Source: Spirogloea muscicola
Lineage: Eukaryota
Direction: 5' to 3'
NCBI GenBank assembly: GCA_009602725.1
Contig: WELB01000018.1
Coordinates: 799,831 to 838,894 of the forward strand
DNA: 39,064 nt
A model generated the notes under the pieces. The model made no database searches and was not told the origin of the DNA. It was given only the letters and a program-made list of their open reading frames with translations. The stretch's first letter is position 1, and every line of letters starts with the position of its first letter. Positions 34,663 to 39,064 of the stretch are shown one piece after another. Position numbers and translations under genes: made by a program.

Positions 34663-35492
34663 NNNNNNNNNNNNNNNNNNNNNNNNNNNNNNNNNNNNNN
34701 NNNNNNNNNNNNNNNNNNNNNNNNNNNNNNNNNNNNNNNNNNNNNNNNNNNNNNNNNNNNNNNNNNNNNNNNNNNNNNNNNNNNNNNNNNNNNNNNNNNN
34801 NNNNNNNNNNNNNNNNNNNNNNNNNNNNNNNNNNNNNNNNNNNNNNNNNNNNNNNNNNNNNNNNNNNNNNNNNNNNNNNNNNNNNNNNNNNNNNNNNNNN
34901 NNNNNNNNNNNNNNNNNNNNNNNNNNNNNNNNNNNNNNNNNNNNNNNNNNNNNNNNNNNNNNNNNNNNNNNNNNNNNNNNNNNNNNNNNNNNNNNNNNNN
35001 NNNNNNNNNNNNNNNNNNNNNNNNNNNNNNNNNNNNNNNNNNNNNNNNNNNNNNNNNNNNNNNNNNNNNNNNNNNNNNNNNNNNNNNNNNNNNNNNNNNN
35101 NNNNNNNNNNNNNNNNNNNNNNNNNNNNNNNNNNNNNNNNNNNNNNNNNNNNNNNNNNNNNNNNNNNNNNNNNNNNNNNNNNNNNNNNNNNNNNNNNNNN
35201 NNNNNNNNNNNNNNNNNNNNNNNNNNNNNNNNNNNNNNNNNNNNNNNNNNNNNNNNNNNNNNNNNNNNNNNNNNNNNNNNNNNNNNNNNNNNNNNNNNNN
35301 NNNNNNNNNNNNNNNNNNNNNNNNNNNNNNNNNNNNNNNNNNNNNNNNNNNNNNNNNNNNNNNNNNNNNNNNNNNNNNNNNNNNNNNNNNNNNNNNNNNN
35401 NNNNNNNNNNNNNNNNNNNNNNNNNNNNNNNNNNNNNNNNNNNNNNNNNNNNNNNNNNNNNNNNNNNNNNNNNNNNNNNNNNNNNNNNNNNN
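34663..35492. other. Assembly gap containing the inferred shared promoter and start codons of PYRB and the YL1-like gene
   Basis: N run; reading frames leave it in both directions. Confidence 0.8.
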
Positions 35493-36405
35493 CGGCCGGC
35501 GGCCTACCGAGCGCAGCCCGCGCGGGCAGCGGCGGCCGCCGCGGCGGCGCAGGTGCGGCTCAGCTCTCGCGTGGCCCACTGCGTCGTCCACTGTCTCGTC
35601 AGGGATCCAGGCGCAGCTCTTATGGGATTGTCTGAGATCTGACGAAGGATCAAATCATAGGTGCAGCGCCGCGCAGAATGTCTCGCGCTCATGCTCTATT
35701 GCGCCGGCCTCTGCTCCGCCGGTGCAGGTGCGGTGCGGCGAGTCGGCACCGCAGGCGGTGCAGAACAAGCAGTCTGTCGCCGCCAAGGCCCCCTCACAAG
35801 GTATGGTACCCATCAAAGCTGCATACATATGCTGGGGCTTTACTTAGCACTTAGAAATTCATCATGGTGCAATTGTAGGCTCGCCTCTCTCAGAGACCAT
35901 GCCTCAATGCTTTTCCAGCACTCTGCACCTATAGGTGCTCCATGCACGTCATTGTGACTGGCCTGGACGCTACCAGCATGCGCTGTGAAGCTCTTGCTGG
36001 ATGCACATGTCCAGTTTTCCTGTTGCTCAGCTGGACCGTATGCCAAGTTCTAGTCCGGCAGTTACTCAGCTCTATACTTGCCTAGTCTGCTCGCCCTGCT
36101 CCAAATGTTAACAGTAGATGGATGACTGAGGCGGCTTGTGGTCCTGAGCTTGTTCAGACAAGCTGGGCTTCGAAAAGTTCATTCCAAAGCTGGACGATGG
36201 GGGCATCGGCGGCGGGCCTGGTGGCGATGGCGGCGGTGGCGGTGGGGGCGGGGGCGGCGGTGGCCACTGGTGGGGTTTCAGCTTCTGGGCACTGGTCATG
36301 ATGATCGGCTTCCTCAAGGGCAAGGAGTCCGAGGGCCCCGTGCGACCGCGCAAGCGACACTACCAGGGTGCCACCTCGCGCAGTGAGGAGGAATATGACT
36401 TCTAG
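35493..36405 (+). CDS. Small glycine-rich organellar membrane protein, YELLOW LEAF 1 / Rf2-like
   Basis: Exons <35493-35552, 35728-35800 and 36158-36405 join in frame. They encode a transit-peptide-like ..AQ/VRC.., then PKLDDGG, poly-Gly, HWWGFSFWALVMMIGFLKGKESE..YDF*, matching the PKLDDGG..GFLKDKESE pattern I recall for this family. Missed by the ORF track. Confidence 0.75.
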
Positions 36406-36946
36406 CTTGGCACTTATTACTTCCCTTTTACCGTCCCTCACGTTGAAAAATATTATCACCTCTCTTTTTGTCCCTCTCTCTTACCCAGTCTATCCGTGCC
36501 ATGTGTTCTTGATGGCTCAGTTGTGGTGGCCTAGAAGTTTCGCTTGTTCTTGTATCAAATCCTGACACCCTTGGCTGACCGCAAATTCAAGCATTTGAAG
36601 GCATCATTCTTGAAGGCATCCAATTTTGCCTTGGCGCCAGTCTGTCCCTTAGCCAATCACATGTACGATACTTTCAAGTGCCTGGCAGACCAGTGCCAGA
36701 TCGTAAGTTCCCTTCGATACAATGACTTTCTAGGCGAGAACAGCAGAGTCCAGGTCTAGGAAGGCTGCCTGCAAGTGTGGTCCTTTAAAATCGACAAAGC
36801 AAGGCCTTGATGCACAGAAGTGCCAGATTGTGACATCGTGAGCAATCAGCCAGGCAGCTCCAGAAGTTCAGTGCAACCGCTGCAACAAGACTTCATCGCA
36901 GAAAGGGTTACTGCACAGTTCAATTTGGACAATTTGCATCTCTTCC

Positions 36947-38601
36947 TCAGAAGCCAAGTATGTACATAAGCTGGATACAGGAGCTATACAGAGCAAAGCT
37001 CATGAGATGAGGCTCTTTGAGCCTTGCACTTTCAACCAATCCCTTGGCAGCCGAGGTCTGGGCGACGGATTGGGGTCGAACTCGCAATGACCATGCCAGA
37101 CGTGTGTCCTTCCGATGGCCCTGGCCGCGCTGCAGGCTTTTAGGCTTTGTGCTGCCGCCGCTGCCGCAATCAGCACTCTCCCGCTTGTGCGAGCGCTTGG
37201 CGCGTCTTCCCATCGGCTCTGGAGCAGGCCCCTTGCCCTTGCCTCGGGCACTCGAGCTCCCGGAGTTGAGAACGGCATGCACAGGCCGTGCTTCCATGCG
37301 CCCGCCGCGCACGTAGCCATTGTCGCCCCAACGCCTGTTCCCCAGGCGCACAGATGGACCAAAATACTCTTCCTTGTACTCATCGTCGTCATCAAACTGC
37401 ACATAGCCATGCTCCTCCGACTCCTCATGCTCGTCCGGCAGTGGCAGTTGGCTGAACCAGGTCGCTCGCAGCAGCAAGCAGATGCTCTCTTCCACCATCA
37501 CGTCGCTCAGGCTGTGCCCATGACAGGTCAAAGATTGCCTTCACATCAGCTCAGAGCTAAAAGCGAGGACAAAGAAAGAGAATACTGACTGGCAAAGCAA
37601 ACAGATACAGGAATTGCAAATGCAATAGCCACACTGCTGTCAGCAGCTCGTCTCTCTTGCATTGCGGCAGTTATGTGGGTAACTGAGCAACAAAACCCAC
37701 CTGCCATTCAGAGTGCGGTAAGAATACAAGAATGAAAAGGGCAGCCTGCACTGCGGACACCATGGATGCTCCTTGTATGTGGCCCAGCGAAGGATGCATG
37801 TGATGCTGCACAAGCATGACGAGACGGGCCATCCACCGTCACCAAATCTGGGGCACTACCAGTGACCAGGATAAAGTAGGTGTAGCATGTGCTCACACAT
37901 GCTTTCCAGGACAACAACGAGCAAAAGATTGACAACCTATGAAGAGGACCTGCCTGATGTGCTCACCAGTACGCATGCTCGCAGCCCTTCACCTGCGACG
38001 TCTCCTCAAGCGGTATTTTGCAGCGACATATGGCGCAGAGCCAGCTGTCATCAGGTGCAGGCGATGGCAATGTCTCGACAGTGCCCTTGAGCTTTTCTGC
38101 CTGAGCACATATCAAAGACACGCCTCAAATGATGTCAAAATCAATCACTCTCGCCTGTGTATGTCAACATCCGTTAACGACCTAGTCGTGTGAAAATAGG
38201 CACTGTATGAAACACATAGGGAGGGTTTCATGTCCCTGGATAGATTGCCCAAGACACAAGGCTATGACTCAACTGACAAAATCCATCTGTCCACATGTCA
38301 ACATCCTATACTATTCATAGGACATCATAGATAACATGACTCGATATTATCAATCAGACCGCTTCTATATACAGCTCGACAGAAAGTAGGAGGTGCATGC
38401 ATGTATGTGTTGTGGTTGACGACCTGACCACCAGCAGAGCACCAACACAAGGCCTCTCACCTTCTGTACATGGTCGGATCCCGATCCGGAATCGACTTCA
38501 CCAAGGTCCAAGCCAGCAATCTCCTCGACAACGGCCACCAAAGGGCCAATATGGGCCATGTTGTGCACATCCATGGCGAGGCTGCCGCTCGGTGACTCCA
38601 T
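36947..38601 (-). CDS. C3HC4 RING-finger protein (putative E3 ligase) of a conserved plant family
   Basis: Spliced: MESPSG..HVQK / ..CAICRCKIPLEETSQVKGCEHAYC / ITCILRWATYKEHPWCPQCRLPF..RTLNGS / LSDVMVEESICLLLRATWF..RLGNRRWGDNGYVRGGRMEARPV..GRRAKR. Exact start and stop are tentative. Confidence 0.85.
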
Positions 38602-38989
38602 GGTGTCTGGTGGTACAAGGAGAGCAGTGGGGGAAGCTGGCACGAACGCCGCGAGGCCTCCGGCAGCTTCCTCGCCACTGCCCCAGGCCTCCTTCACATC
38701 CTGGTCGGCTGCGCCTGTGCTAGGGTCGTCTCCATGGCGGCAGACGCTGAGTCTAGCGCCGGGACTGGCGCGGTCCTCGGCGGCGCCGCAGCGCGAAGCC
38801 ACGGCGGCCGCGCTCAAGCGCAGCCCGTGCGTCCTCGGCGCTCCCGGCGTCTCGTAGTCAAGCGAGAGCCGAGTCTGTCGCAGAAGCTGGAAGGACCTGC
38901 TTCTGCCGGTGACAGGCCCGCAGCCGAGGAGCGCCGAGCGTCGCCCTAGGCGGGGCGACTTCCGCGACACAGCGGCGGCGTCGGCAACG

Positions 38990-39024
<35 letters not shown>

Positions 39025-39027
39025 CCC

Positions 39028-39030
<3 letters not shown>

Positions 39031-39064
<34 letters not shown>
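39031..39064. repeat. Poly(T) run to the window end, preceded by (GGC)n
   Basis: 34 consecutive T. Confidence 0.9.

Overview
Eukaryotic, intron-rich nuclear DNA from a green-lineage organism, probably a streptophyte alga (inferred from YL1-like, DSE1-like and PFC1-like genes). Gene 5' ends are GC- and CpG-rich, while gene bodies are CpG-poor. Eight spliced host genes were reconstructed by eye: a GNB1L/DSE1-type WD40 protein (-), a plastid KsgA/PFC1 rRNA dimethylase (+), a hypothetical protein (-), a hybrid histidine kinase (-), a double-domain hydroxyproline O-arabinosyltransferase-like protein (-), aspartate carbamoyltransferase (-), a YELLOW LEAF 1-like glycine-rich protein (+) and a RING-HC protein (-). 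A deleted, scrambled Ty1/copia element with both LTRs lies at 8924-12108, and a probable Ty3/gypsy relic follows it. Three things stand out. (1) A degenerate ~30-55 bp non-coding motif occurs in about 15 copies, confined to intergenic/promoter DNA and often in convergent pairs; it has a CTCF-like GC core. (2) The kinase appears lipid-anchored, with a GAF / degenerate LOV / HisKA / HATPase / pseudoREC / REC architecture. (3) The HPAT-like gene is internally duplicated. Exon boundaries are manual and approximate, and two N-gaps hide three start codons.
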